Source: an uncultured archaeon
GTDB lineage: Archaea > Thermoproteota > Bathyarchaeia > TCS64
NCBI GenBank assembly: GCA_938048735.1
Contig: CALIUM010000002.1
Coordinates: 21,327-85,326, forward strand
DNA length: 64,000 bases
Reading direction: 5' to 3'
Shown: positions 54,124 to 64,000 of the stretch, piece by piece
Layout of the letters: every line of letters begins with the position of its first letter
Numbering within the stretch: position 1 is the stretch's first letter
Position numbers and translations under genes: made by a program
The notes under the pieces: generated by a model
What the model saw: only the letters and a program-made list of their open reading frames with translations
What the model was told of the DNA's origin: nothing
Databases searched by the model: none

Positions 54124-54957
54124 CTAGGCCTTCCTAGATATTACCTCTACGAACTCCACATCCTCTATCTGGGGAAAGAACCTCTGGATCTCTACTGCTG
54201 CAGTCCTCTTCTCTAATTGGAGATTCTCCTCGTAGAAGGCCTCCTCAGGTATCTGGATCCTCACCCTCTCCCCTGAGATCTTGACCTCGAAGCTCTCAGG
54301 CGCTATGTTGGGGAAGTTTCTACCTATCAGTGCCCTCATCTTCTCCTCATCTGTCTCCAGCCTCTTTACAACCTTCACCTTGTAGACGATTCTCCTGCCA
54401 GCGAGGGGGTGGTTGTAGTCTAGTTGGACCCTTCCAGCCCCTATGCTTCGTACCGTCGCCATCCTACCGTCGACCTCGACCCTGGCTCCAACCGTCGGCG
54501 TTACACCCTTGGATCGTAGCACCCTATATGGGACCATCCTCACATTATCTGGGTTTCTCTCCCCATAGGCCTCCTCTGGGGGTATCACTATCTCCCCCTC
54601 CTCTCCAACCTTCAGCCCCTCGAGCCTCTTCTCGAGGCCCTTTAGGAACTCCCCCTCACCGACTATCATGAGCTTGGGGCCATACTTCACCCCTTCTGAG
54701 TATATGCCGGCCCTTCTAGCCTCCTCCTCATCCGTCGTGTCGAAGACCTCCCCGGTATCCTCTGTCCGCCCTGTGTAGTGGAGGAGGATGAAGTCCCCCT
54801 TTGCTATAGGCCTTTCCTCTGGCGCCTCCTGAGCCTCAGCAGGCCCTAGGGCCTCCTTCGGGGTCTCCCCTAGCTCCCTTTCCACCTCCTTCCCGGGCTC
54901 TTGATGCTCTTCATCCCTAACATCATCTACGCCGCTCATTCCCAAAACCTTCATCAT
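54124..54957 (-). CDS. long-type archaeal FKBP peptidyl-prolyl isomerase (with IF/chaperone insert and C-terminal domain)
   Basis: 277 aa. …GDFILLHYTGRTEDTGEVFDTTDEE…YGPKLMIVGEGEFLKGLEKRLEGLKVGEE…PPEEAYGERNPDNV…NHPLAGRRIVYKVKVV…. Confidence 0.85.
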   Translation of the reverse strand: MMKVLGMSGVDDVRDEEHQEPGKEVERELGETPKEALGPAEAQEAPEERPIAKGDFILLHYTGRTEDTGEVFDTTDEEEARRAGIYSEGVKYGPKLMIVGEGEFLKGLEKRLEGLKVGEEGEIVIPPEEAYGERNPDNVRMVPYRVLRSKGVTPTVGARVEVDGRMATVRSIGAGRVQLDYNHPLAGRRIVYKVKVVKRLETDEEKMRALIGRNFPNIAPESFEVKISGERVRIQIPEEAFYEENLQLEKRTAAVEIQRFFPQIEDVEFVEVISRKA

Positions 54958-55082
54958 CTCTTTCCTGAAGTCTATCCGTCCACCTCAGAAGGTGGTGGAT
55001 AGTTTAAAGTTTGCGATGCAGAAGACCTTCAGCAAACCCTTTAAGGGTTAGGGGTTTAAGTATTGAATTGTGATGGTGGGCC

Positions 55083-55367
55083 ATGTCTAGGACTGTGGGG
55101 GGATCCATTGAGGAGACGAGGGAGTACCACCTCCGCTATTTGAGGGCCGTTAACAACCCCGTAAGGAGGAGGATACTTGAGGCTCTAAAGGAGGGGGAGA
55201 TGAGCTTCGAGGATCTCCTATCCACCACCGGCCTAGAGGGGAGAACCCTAAAATGGCACTTGGAGATCCTCGAGAACGGCTTCTGCGTGGAGAAGTCGGA
55301 GAGAGAAGGAAAGGCATATTACAATCTTACAAAGGAAGGGAAGGTGATCGAATATATAGAAAGATAA
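55083..55367 (+). CDS. ArsR-family wHTH transcriptional regulator
   Basis: 94 aa. …LRAVNNPVRRRILEALKEGEMSFEDLLSTTGLEGRTLKWHLEILENGFCVEK…. Confidence 0.75.
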   Translation: MSRTVGGSIEETREYHLRYLRAVNNPVRRRILEALKEGEMSFEDLLSTTGLEGRTLKWHLEILENGFCVEKSEREGKAYYNLTKEGKVIEYIER

Positions 55368-55451
55368 AAGCAAATAACAAGAAACATATTAACCTTTAAA
55401 TAATTAGCGTTGAGTTATTTTGTCTGTTATAAAGTTGTTCATGAAAATTGT

Positions 55452-56357
55452 TTATACTTCTAATCCAAATACCTTTCTTATTCCCAATCCTATGAAGAAA
55501 TTAATTACTGCAACTCCAAGACTGATGGCAGCCATTTCTAAGAATCTTTTTCTAAAATTCATTCCCTTGGCAATTGAAATATAAAAAGTGAATATCAAAA
55601 TTAATAGCATTGAATTTAATATAACTAAACTCATGCAAAAATATAATTCTTTAATCAATAGGTATGGAGATGATAATAAAAGTACCGTGAAGATGTAGGC
55701 TAATCCCGTGTAGAGGCTGGCCTTCAGGGGGTTTTTATCGCTCTCCTCGTGTCTCGTTGAGAGGAACTCGGATGTGGCCATAGACATGGAGGCAGCTATC
55801 CCGGTTATGAGCCCCACAATCCCAACCATAAAGGCATCCTGAAGGGCTAGGGTGAAACCGATAAGAGCGCCGCTCAACTCTACGAGGGCATCGTTCAAAC
55901 CCAGGACCATGGAACTGACATATTTGAGGTGCTCTTCATCGATAAAACTTATTATCTCTCTTTCATGCTTATTTTCATCTCTAATTATATCCTCAACTTT
56001 TGGAGAAACCTCCTTAATTTTTTCATATGCATCTTGAGCAAAATCTTCACCCCTCTCCATTAGCTTCAGACCGAAATTTAAGCCAAAAAATCTGGAGATC
56101 AAAATATAAAAATACATTTTAAATTTATCAACGCCGACATCCATCTTAGTAATATCGCGTAAAATATTATAATGATTCATTTCATCTCGAGATATATCGC
56201 CAAGAATCTCAGAATGCCTAACATCTTTAACTTGTTTAGATAAATTCCCATATATAAAATGCTCAGTAATCTCATTCTTCTGAGCTCTTAAGATCTTCTC
56301 CATTAAATCCCTTGAAATCGGCTTTGATTCATCATCAGCCGAGAGATTCAACTCCAT
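55452..56357 (-). CDS. VIT1/CCC1-family Fe/Mn transporter with an N-terminal ferritin-like domain
   Basis: 301 aa. Ferritin-like …KNEITEHFIYGNLS…EMNHYNIL…DENKHERE…, followed by TM region …VLGLNDALVELSGALIGF…. Markedly AT-rich coding sequence. Confidence 0.75.
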   Translation of the reverse strand: MELNLSADDESKPISRDLMEKILRAQKNEITEHFIYGNLSKQVKDVRHSEILGDISRDEMNHYNILRDITKMDVGVDKFKMYFYILISRFFGLNFGLKLMERGEDFAQDAYEKIKEVSPKVEDIIRDENKHEREIISFIDEEHLKYVSSMVLGLNDALVELSGALIGFTLALQDAFMVGIVGLITGIAASMSMATSEFLSTRHEESDKNPLKASLYTGLAYIFTVLLLSSPYLLIKELYFCMSLVILNSMLLILIFTFYISIAKGMNFRKRFLEMAAISLGVAVINFFIGLGIRKVFGLEV

Positions 56358-56437
56358 AACTTTAAAAGGTAACCATTATTTAAAGCTCCTCCAATTATTG
56401 GAAGGAATCAGGGCGGCTTACCCGAAGTATCTAGGAG

Positions 56438-56527
56438 TGGGCCCGAAGGGACTCGAACCCTTGACCCACAGGTCTCTCAGGTCATCCCTTATGAGCCTGT
56501 TGCTCTACCAAGCTAAGCTACGGGCCC
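56438..56527 (-). tRNA. tRNA with anticodon CAT (elongator Met or Ile2) and a 16-nt intron
   Basis: Minus strand: GGGCCCG/CGGGCCC acceptor, ACAGG-CTCATA[intron 56474-56489]A-CCTGT, AAGGG-TTCGAGT-CCCTT T arm, discriminator A. G1:C72, so not the A1:U72 archaeal initiator type. Confidence 0.85.
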
Positions 56528-56700
56528 CTCGATGCGCCTCATATTGTTCTTGAACATCTCCCAAAAAAATCTTATTGCTTCAAGCCCTCTTGAAGCATGC
56601 TTTTGACTTTTGAGCTTAAGCCCTGTGTCGGTTCCCAACGGATCTTTGAAGCCTTAGAAGGGTGTTAAGCTTTTCAGTCCCTTATAAAATTCCTGATGTA

Positions 56701-57573
56701 ATGGAGTTAACACCCCCCATGTTGGTGGTCGCCTCGGCGTTCTTGCACGCGCTGTGGAACCTAATGGCTAAAGGGGGTGCAGATAAGGTTGCCTACATGT
56801 GGTTGATGAACCTCACATCCCTCTTCACAACCCTTCCGGTATTTTTTCTCCTATTACCAGACTGGGGTCTCCCCATCACTGCAGTTCCCTACATGTTGGT
56901 GAGCGGTTTGGCTGAGGCTTTATACTTCTTCTCCTTAGGGAAGGCTTATGAGCATGGTGACCTATCCCTTGTGTATCCCATAGCTCGATCCTCCCCCCTC
57001 TTCCTCTTCGCCTTAGCCGTCACCTTCCTGGGCGAGGAGATCTCCCCTCTGGGTGTTTTTGGTATCCTCATGGTGGTCATAGGTGTATACATGATCCATC
57101 TTAGGGGGCTCTCCCCGAGGAATTTTCTAGTTCCTCTCACCTCCATCAGAAGCAGAGCCTCCCAGTTCGCCCTCTTAGCAGCGCTATCCACATCCATCTA
57201 CTCCCTAGTAGATAAGGCCGGAGTGTTGAAGGTTGGCCCCATGATCTACGCCTTCTGGCTCGACTTCTTCATCACAGCCTTACTCATGCCACTGGTTCTC
57301 CTGAGAGGAGGCCTAAGCTCCCTTGCTGGGGAGTTGAAGTCTCAAGGCTTGAAGATAGTTGTCTCGGGCTTCCTCATGAGGGTTGGATACCTGATGGTTT
57401 TGTTCGCTATGAGCATGGCCCAGGTGAGCTACATCCTAAGCATAAGGCAGCTGAGCATAGTGATAGGCTCACTCCTCGGCGCGGGTCTCCTAGGAGAGGA
57501 GTATTGGAGGGTGAGGCTCATCGCCTCAATTATCATATTCTCCGGTATCCTCATACTGGGATCGTTGGTTTAA
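56701..57573 (+). CDS. EamA/DMT-family transporter
   Basis: Start at ATG 56701 (the tracked ORF starts at 56662). 10 TM helices in two EamA halves (…ASAFLHALWNLMAKG…). Confidence 0.8.
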   Translation: MELTPPMLVVASAFLHALWNLMAKGGADKVAYMWLMNLTSLFTTLPVFFLLLPDWGLPITAVPYMLVSGLAEALYFFSLGKAYEHGDLSLVYPIARSSPLFLFALAVTFLGEEISPLGVFGILMVVIGVYMIHLRGLSPRNFLVPLTSIRSRASQFALLAALSTSIYSLVDKAGVLKVGPMIYAFWLDFFITALLMPLVLLRGGLSSLAGELKSQGLKIVVSGFLMRVGYLMVLFAMSMAQVSYILSIRQLSIVIGSLLGAGLLGEEYWRVRLIASIIIFSGILILGSLV

Positions 57574-57838
57574 CTCGATTTTTACCTTTGAAGCTGGAAG
57601 AAAGCGGATAGATCCATCTCATTTTACTAAGATTGAGTTAGATCGGTTGAGCTGCTTCACTTAGGAGGATGGGACCAAATTAAAATCGATTTGTTAATAT
57701 TTATGAATTATAATCAAAAAATTAAATCAATTTTACAACAGAGACCCGACTTTTGGATCTCTTTCAAGGGAAGGCGCCCCCTCCGATTTTGTATTTTTAA
57801 TGGAAGAGTGAATGTAAGGTCTATGAATGAACTCGTGA

Positions 57839-58117
57839 GTGAATGATCTTAGGAAAATGAACTTATCTATTTCTCCAAGGGGCTTCACATGTAGAAACTT
57901 CATTGGTGATGGTGGATCTCATAGGGAGGTGACCGCCCTTCTGGCTCCCATAAGGATAGAAGAGAAGGACAAGACGATGATAGCCTGGGGCTGCTCCCTG
58001 GGAAGGTGCTGCTACTTCCCTCACTGCCGTTACTCAAGGATCTATAACGTGTTTGAGGGGGGCAGCTCAAGGAAGGTTGAGGAGGTCATAGCTCCAATTT
58101 TGAAGCCCAACGGCTAA
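57839..58117 (+). CDS. Cys-rich orphan ORF (hypothetical)
   Basis: 92-aa ORF with …WGCSLGRCCYFPHCRY…. I do not recognise a family, so coding status is uncertain. Confidence 0.3.
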   Translation: MNDLRKMNLSISPRGFTCRNFIGDGGSHREVTALLAPIRIEEKDKTMIAWGCSLGRCCYFPHCRYSRIYNVFEGGSSRKVEEVIAPILKPNG

Positions 58118-58362
58118 GGCTCTTCCCTTTTTTCAAGTGGGGCGAAAAATCTCTTGGTTAATAGAGGGGATTCTCGGCTTTATATAGTCCTCCTACCCTT
58201 GAGATGGTGAGTGGCATCCTATCTCTCCTCGTTCCAATAATACCTGTTTCAAGAGGTTGGAGGAACCCATATAGCCCTCGGTGTCATGAATTTCTGTTCA
58301 ACGGCCCTTCTCATACTAACTCCCTTATCTTGGAGGCTTACCTGATTTGGATGGTGATTCTC

Positions 58363-59484
58363 TTACCAAGATTCGATGTACTCGATATCGAATCCGAAGT
58401 ATTTAGGATTGAATATCTCCATCCCTCTCTTAGTTCTCCATCCCTCATATGCTTTTATTCCCAATACAGTGACATTTTTTCCATTGTTTATCCCACTATC
58501 CACAAAGTTTGAAAGCCCATGGCAGGTATTTGTCTCCACGATGCATATGAGGTCTGGACATGTGACGTGGGGCTTATCATCCAGCCAGCTTATCAGATGT
58601 TCATTCTTGAACCAGACCTTGTATGTGTGCCCCTCATACTCCCCTGAGCCCTTTATAAGCCATGTGCCCCAGTTGAATCCTCCCCTCTTATCTACCTCAT
58701 GTTGTACAACAACCCCCTCGAATAGCCTCTTCGCCCCAGCTGCCTCGATGAATGCCTCTACAGGGTCTTCACCCCTCTCTCTGGCCACCCTTATGGCTGC
58801 TCCGATTCTTATGCACCTTGAGACCTGGTTTGGAGCCATCCCCCTCCTATAGTCTTTCACCCTCGCCGGGCATCTCGCCACGGTTACCCCTCCACCGGAG
58901 GCGATGGCGGCGTACCTGCATAGATCCTCAGCCCTGTAATCGTCGATAGCATTCTTCAATATCAGCGTCTCCCCGAAGGGGGTCACCATGGCCAGGGGGG
59001 TTATCGGGATCCCCGCTACATGGGTCAGGGAGATGGCCAGCTCGGGTTTGGCCCTCCCACAGCAGTCCCCGTCGACGACCGGCTTCCCCTCTGAGGCAGC
59101 CATATACATGGGCATGACCCCGTTTCCAGGCCCAGTCTCACTGGCTATGTATGAACAGAACTCCTCTCCTATATACTCCGAGAGTTCCTTCACGGCATGC
59201 CTAATCCTATTAAGCCTCTCATCCCTCGTCTCCCTAACCCTTCGGATGTAGGGTTGAACTCTCCTCCTCACCTCCTCGGGGACTCCTCCCCCCACACCTC
59301 CCAATATGCAGAGGAGGCCCTCCTGCGGAAGCTCCCCGGGATCTGCGAGTTGGAACCTGAAGCCCCTATCAAAAGCATCTTCAACCATCTCCCTCCCACT
59401 CTCAGGGCTTCCACCTCCACCGCAGCCCAGAATGTTGGATCCCGTTATATAGTCCTCCAGGTCAACCTTCGATAAAACCCTCAT
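58363..59484 (-). CDS. DUF917-family protein
   Basis: Start at ATG 59484 (MRVLSKVDLEDYITGSNILGCGGGGSPESG…, the DUF917 hallmark GCGGGG). The tracked ORF runs to 59535. Confidence 0.7.
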   Translation of the reverse strand: MRVLSKVDLEDYITGSNILGCGGGGSPESGREMVEDAFDRGFRFQLADPGELPQEGLLCILGGVGGGVPEEVRRRVQPYIRRVRETRDERLNRIRHAVKELSEYIGEEFCSYIASETGPGNGVMPMYMAASEGKPVVDGDCCGRAKPELAISLTHVAGIPITPLAMVTPFGETLILKNAIDDYRAEDLCRYAAIASGGGVTVARCPARVKDYRRGMAPNQVSRCIRIGAAIRVARERGEDPVEAFIEAAGAKRLFEGVVVQHEVDKRGGFNWGTWLIKGSGEYEGHTYKVWFKNEHLISWLDDKPHVTCPDLICIVETNTCHGLSNFVDSGINNGKNVTVLGIKAYEGWRTKRGMEIFNPKYFGFDIEYIESW

Positions 59485-59861
59485 CGAGAAAGACCAGCAT
59501 CTCAACCAATATAAAATATTATGCGCTCCTCTCAATTAAATTGGCATAAGAGGAATGTTGAAACAAGCTTCGTAAACCATATAAAGGGACCTTTAAAGTC
59601 CATATTAAATTTAGAGCTTTTGATGACGGTCTCCTCAACCTTAAGGGTCTCAAGCTAAAGCTCCAGAGCATTGATTGTGCAGAGGCCTCGGGAGATAGGG
59701 CTGCCACATCCTCGCAGGTCTTGAAGACAAGGTCGCCAGCACGGTCGAGGCAGCCAAGCTGAGGTGGTCGAGAAGTTGCCCACAAAGAGAAGAAGCAACT
59801 CACGGTGGAGAACGGAGCAACATATATACCCAGGATCACATGAAGAGAGGTGATAGCCCGC

Positions 59862-59940
59862 GCTCCGGTGGTGTAGTCCGGACAAGCATGATGGCCTTTC
59901 GAGCCATAGATCCCGGGTTCAAATCCCGGCCGGAGCACCA
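59862..59940 (+). tRNA. tRNA-Glu (anticodon TTC) with genomically encoded CCA
   Basis: GCTCCGG/CCGGAGC acceptor, ATGGC-CTTTCGA-GCCAT anticodon arm, CCGGG-TTCAAAT-CCCGG T arm, A-CCA. An ATATATA box lies 34-40 nt upstream. Confidence 0.88.
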
Positions 59941-60039
59941 TTTTATCGGTCGATGGACCCTTTGGTCAGAGAGTTGTATATCGCGGCGGCATGAGCTATC
60001 GGTGGTACTAGAAGGCTTATATTGTGGTACCAATTAAGC

Positions 60040-60321
60040 ATGTCTGTGAGGCCCTTGGAGAGGGTGAGGCTGAAGGTTCATGTGAAGGGCAGGGTTACCA
60101 TCCCAAAGGAGTTCAGGGAGAGGCTCGGCATCAAAGAGGGGGATCATGTGGAGGTGGTTTTAATGGAGGATCAAAGGGCTTTATTGATCCATGCCCCTGC
60201 AAGGGGCTGGCTTGAAGATATGCTCGATGTATTGAGGAGGGTTTTTCCCGACAAGTCGACGGGGGAGATAATGAATGAGCTCAGGCGGGGATGGGAAGAA
60301 TACGAAGGAGAACGGGTTTAA
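60040..60321 (+). CDS. vapB: AbrB/SpoVT-type antitoxin (VapB-like)
   Basis: Start at ATG 60040. MSVRPLERVRLKVHVKGRVTIPKEFRERLGIKEGDHVEVV… has the swapped-hairpin AbrB motif. Confidence 0.75.
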   Translation: MSVRPLERVRLKVHVKGRVTIPKEFRERLGIKEGDHVEVVLMEDQRALLIHAPARGWLEDMLDVLRRVFPDKSTGEIMNELRRGWEEYEGERV

Positions 60322-60778
60322 AGTCTGCCTTGATACAAGCATCTTCATCAATGCTAGGAGCGAGTGGGAGGAGGGATCTGAAAAATCCAGAAGCCTACTT
60401 AGATCCATTAGGGATGGAGAAGCCCTGGGCGTCATTTCGACTATAACTATAGCAGAGCTACTAAATGGGGCCTATCGAAAGGGGGTTGAGGAGGCTAATA
60501 GGTTGAAGGCCGATTTTAGGGCTTTCGAGTCCTCAGGATCCCTCATCATGGACTTAAATTTCCCTTTAGCAGACATGATAGGTGAACTCTGTGCGAGATA
60601 TAACACTAGGATAAGGCCCGATGTGATAATCGTAGCATCAGCCCTAATGGCTCGAGCGGATGTAGTTGCCACGAGAGATATAGACCATTTCAGTCGATAC
60701 AAAAATGAGGTATGGATCGCCGAACCAGAAGAGGTTTTATTGAAACTCCATGATAATAAGGGTATAAGAAGCCCTTGA
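60275..60778 (+). CDS. vapC: PIN-domain ribonuclease toxin (VapC-like)
   Basis: …FKVCLDTSIFINA…TIAELLNG…VIIVASALMARADVVATRDIDHF… carries the acidic PIN residues. It overlaps vapB by 47 nt from the only upstream ATG. Confidence 0.75.
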   Translation: MSSGGDGKNTKENGFKVCLDTSIFINARSEWEEGSEKSRSLLRSIRDGEALGVISTITIAELLNGAYRKGVEEANRLKADFRAFESSGSLIMDLNFPLADMIGELCARYNTRIRPDVIIVASALMARADVVATRDIDHFSRYKNEVWIAEPEEVLLKLHDNKGIRSP

Positions 60779-60897
60779 CCTTATGAACCGAACTTGGTTT
60801 AGATAGTCGGTGTTTTTAGTCTCGGCATGGGTGGGTGTTGGGTCCTAACGTTGGTTTCGAATATTTGTGAAATATAGGGGTGGGGGTTCCCTTTTTG

Positions 60898-62085
60898 TTA
60901 TGGAAGCTCGCTGAATAGCTTCACCTCTATCTCCGGTGGCACTTCGACCCCCGTGGCCAATCTCTCCCCGACCAGGGTCTTAACCCCCTTTTCCTTCGCG
61001 GTCTCTAGGAGGCGTTCGGTGATTATGCCGTCGAAGACCACCATATCGACATCGTCTCTCTCCTTCAGCCTATCCACGAGCTCGCTCACCGGGATCCTCG
61101 CCAACTCGGCCCCATCCTCTCTCATCAATATCGCCTCCAGGGTTCCCCTGATCTCACCCGCCAGCTCCCCTATCCTTGAGAGTGCGAGGACCTTCTCGAA
61201 TGGAACCCTCTTGGCTAGAGCCTCCCTTATCTCCTCGGGGGTTAGCTCCTCAACCTCTTTGCCCCTGGGCGCCCTCGCCACATACTTGGGCCTCGCTACC
61301 TGCATCAGTTCCTTCAGGATCAGGTCTCCGCCCCTGTCTCCGTCTAGGAAGACGGTGGTCTCCTTCTTCCTCGTCAGCTCCATTATGGTCTTCGGTATCT
61401 TAACCCCCTCCAGGGCTATTACCCCGGTGTAGCCGCTCTTCAGGAGGTTTATGACGTCTGCCCTCCCCTCCACAATTATAAGCTCTTCCATCTGTGAGAT
61501 GTCTGGGGTCGCGGTCAGCCTCTCCTTCCCGTACTGAACCGGCTGAGGCCTCCTCTCATCCTTCGAGACCTCCTCGATGAGCTTCTCCAGCTCTATAGCG
61601 TCCTTAACCACCCAGTCCCTCATCAGCTCCTTGGCCCTTTGGATTATCTTCTCCCTCTTATCAGCCCTGACGTCGACTATCCTCTCTATCCTCACCTTAG
61701 CCTCGCAGGGGCCTATCCTGTCTATGGTCTCCACGGCTGCGGCTATTATGGCGGTCTCCGCCTTGTCTAGGCTGGAGGGGATTGTTATCGTCCCTTCGGT
61801 CCTGTCGTTCGCCGACTTGAGCTCTATGTCTATCCTACCGACCTTCCCAGACTTCTGGAGCTCCCTCAGCTCGAACTCCTTAGGGAAGAGTCCCTCAGTC
61901 TGACCGAATATAGCTCCTATAACATCATGCTTCTCGACCACCCCTTCCACTGAGAACTTGGCCTCTATCACATACTTGGCCGAGACTGTTTTATCCTTCT
62001 GATCCACCTCTCTCACCTCCGCCACATCTATGCTCCACTCTTCCCGCGGAGGCCTCTCCTCCTCTGGGGCTTCCATGGACTTCAC
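60898..62085 (-). CDS. dnaG: archaeal DnaG-like TOPRIM protein (primase/exosome-associated)
   Basis: 395 aa. …LIIVEGRADVINLLKSGYTGVIALEG…TTVFLDGDRGGDLILKEL… (TOPRIM E and DxD). Confidence 0.85.
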   Translation of the reverse strand: MKSMEAPEEERPPREEWSIDVAEVREVDQKDKTVSAKYVIEAKFSVEGVVEKHDVIGAIFGQTEGLFPKEFELRELQKSGKVGRIDIELKSANDRTEGTITIPSSLDKAETAIIAAAVETIDRIGPCEAKVRIERIVDVRADKREKIIQRAKELMRDWVVKDAIELEKLIEEVSKDERRPQPVQYGKERLTATPDISQMEELIIVEGRADVINLLKSGYTGVIALEGVKIPKTIMELTRKKETTVFLDGDRGGDLILKELMQVARPKYVARAPRGKEVEELTPEEIREALAKRVPFEKVLALSRIGELAGEIRGTLEAILMREDGAELARIPVSELVDRLKERDDVDMVVFDGIITERLLETAKEKGVKTLVGERLATGVEVPPEIEVKLFSELP

Positions 62086-62253
62086 CTATCCAACCCAGAA
62101 GTGAGTGCGAGGTTGATCAGCCCTTCAGGCCATCCACCCCGCGGTGAGTGTGAGCAGGTGTCCCTACACCATCTATGATTCAGAGAGCTTAATAATAAAA
62201 ACCTTCCTCGATCCAAGGGATAATTTATTAGCCTATCCCTCTTCTATCATTGA

Positions 62254-63267
<1,014 letters not shown>

Positions 63268-63278
63268 TCCTGCTAGGG

Positions 63279-64000
63279 TCACCTCGTCACTTGTAGCTCG
63301 AGCATCCTCTCAAGGTTTTTGGGGTGCCTCTTGAAGTATTCTCTTACCGGCTCCAGGATCCTTATCATCGCCTCGGCCACGGCGTTCTTGAGGTCTAGGG
63401 GGTGGAGCTCCCCGGAGGTGTAGAGCCTCTCAAGCTCGGAGTAGCTATTCACCGTGAGCCTTCCGCCGTACCTAGCTGGCCGCTCCACATCGAGGGATCC
63501 CAGGTGGGGGAAGACCACCAGCCTAGCATGTTCAAGGACCGGGTTCCCCTCCGCAGACCTGGGAGGGCAGAAGGCCATCCTGTACTTCTCCCTTATGGTT
63601 TCAGGCTCGTCGTTCACCCAAATTGCCCCTTTCTCCACGCTCTTCGACATCTTCATCCTTATGCTCCTATCTATCCCCCTATCCTCGTCGAAGACACCCT
63701 CAACACCCTCCCCCTGGAGACCTGGGAGGAGGGGGGAGTGGAGGCAGACGGGGGGCTTGAAACCCAGCTTGGGGGCCAGCTCCCTAGCCAGCATATGAAC
63801 CTTCCTCTGATCCATCCCGGAGCAGGCGCAGTCCAGCTCCATATGGAATATGTCGCTCGCCTGCATGGCCGGGTAGAGCATCCATGCGGCCTCCACATCA
63901 CCCGCCTCGAGGCTCCTACCCATGATCGGCAGGGTGCGCTGGATCCTCTTGAGAGAAGAGGCCTTCAGGATCCTCACGACCTTCTCCCAGTACTCACTGC
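63279..64000 (-). CDS. tyrS: tyrosyl-tRNA synthetase, archaeal type (N-terminus lies beyond the window edge)
   Basis: KMSKS loop (IRMKMSKSVEKGAIWVNDEP). The C-terminus …GGRLTVNSYSELERLYTSGELHPLDLKNAVAEAMIRILEPVREYF closely parallels my recollection of M. jannaschii TyrR S. The frame stays open to 64000. Confidence 0.88.
   Translation of the reverse strand, partial: SEYWEKVVRILKASSLKRIQRTLPIMGRSLEAGDVEAAWMLYPAMQASDIFHMELDCACSGMDQRKVHMLARELAPKLGFKPPVCLHSPLLPGLQGEGVEGVFDEDRGIDRSIRMKMSKSVEKGAIWVNDEPETIREKYRMAFCPPRSAEGNPVLEHARLVVFPHLGSLDVERPARYGGRLTVNSYSELERLYTSGELHPLDLKNAVAEAMIRILEPVREYFKRHPKNLERMLELQVTR

Noticed and set aside
58204-58512. ORF 58204-58512 (+) as a gene
   Set aside because: Its 3' half runs antisense through the well-supported DUF917 gene, and the translation has no recognisable features.
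59608-59700. C/D-box sRNA (TGATGA at about 59612). Similar partial motifs occur near 14148 and 52290.
   Set aside because: A C-box-like TGATGA is present, but no correctly spaced D', C' and terminal D (CTGA) boxes or terminal stem could be found.
59519-60037. ORFs 59519-59941 (-), 59655-59885 (-), 59836-60033 (-) and 59840-60037 (+)
   Set aside because: They all overlap or run through tRNA-Glu and its upstream spacer. None shows family resemblance. The spacer 59536-59861 gave no convincing coding frame in my hands.

Overview
This 64-kb window looks like archaeal chromosome. The markers are Alba, archaeal Pth2, ribosomal protein L40e, archaeal DnaG, geranylgeranyl reductase, archaeal-type AspRS and TyrRS, and two tRNAs with bulge-helix-bulge-type introns. 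Heavy AGG/AGA/ATA codon use and frequent GTG/TTG starts fit a thermophilic TACK/Korarchaeota-like lineage, but the organism cannot be named from the sequence alone. I support about 70 protein-coding genes, 4 tRNAs, one tnpB-only IS200/IS605-type element and several decayed genes. Main landmarks, in order: (1) a housekeeping block with nth, a DUF59 protein, an M24 peptidase, pth2, aspS and albA; (2) a tnpB element inserted between albA and an untracked rpl40e, followed by tRNA-Val; (3) an organic-acid/CoA cluster (HpcH aldolase, NDP-forming acyl-CoA synthetase alpha subunit, family III CoA-transferase, FAD flavoprotein, amidohydrolase); (4) ferredoxin plus a tungsten-type aldehyde:ferredoxin oxidoreductase; (5) an 11-gene, translationally coupled shikimate/phenylalanine operon led by a transketolase that carries an N-terminal winged-helix-like extension; (6) an AT-rich accessory island next to tRNA-Leu; (7) a ykoCDE-tenA thiamine-salvage cluster; (8) a regulator / RDD protein / giant surface protein / ABC-2 exporter cluster; (9) GGR, FKBP, ArsR, a VIT1 transporter, tRNA-Met, tRNA-Glu followed by vapBC, dnaG, gap and tyrS. 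I found no CRISPR array and no complete, recognisable defence system. The candidates I rate highest for something new are the wHTH-transketolase fusion, the tRNA-Leu island with its mini-ORF plus pseudo-retropepsin cassette, the surface-protein/ABC-2 cluster, and a compressed segmental duplication that carries a shared promoter-like box. Seven gene disruptions outside the CPBP pseudogene each correspond to one missing base in a short homopolymer run, so some apparent pseudogenes may be assembly artefacts. All function calls rest on reading the translations by eye; no database search was run.
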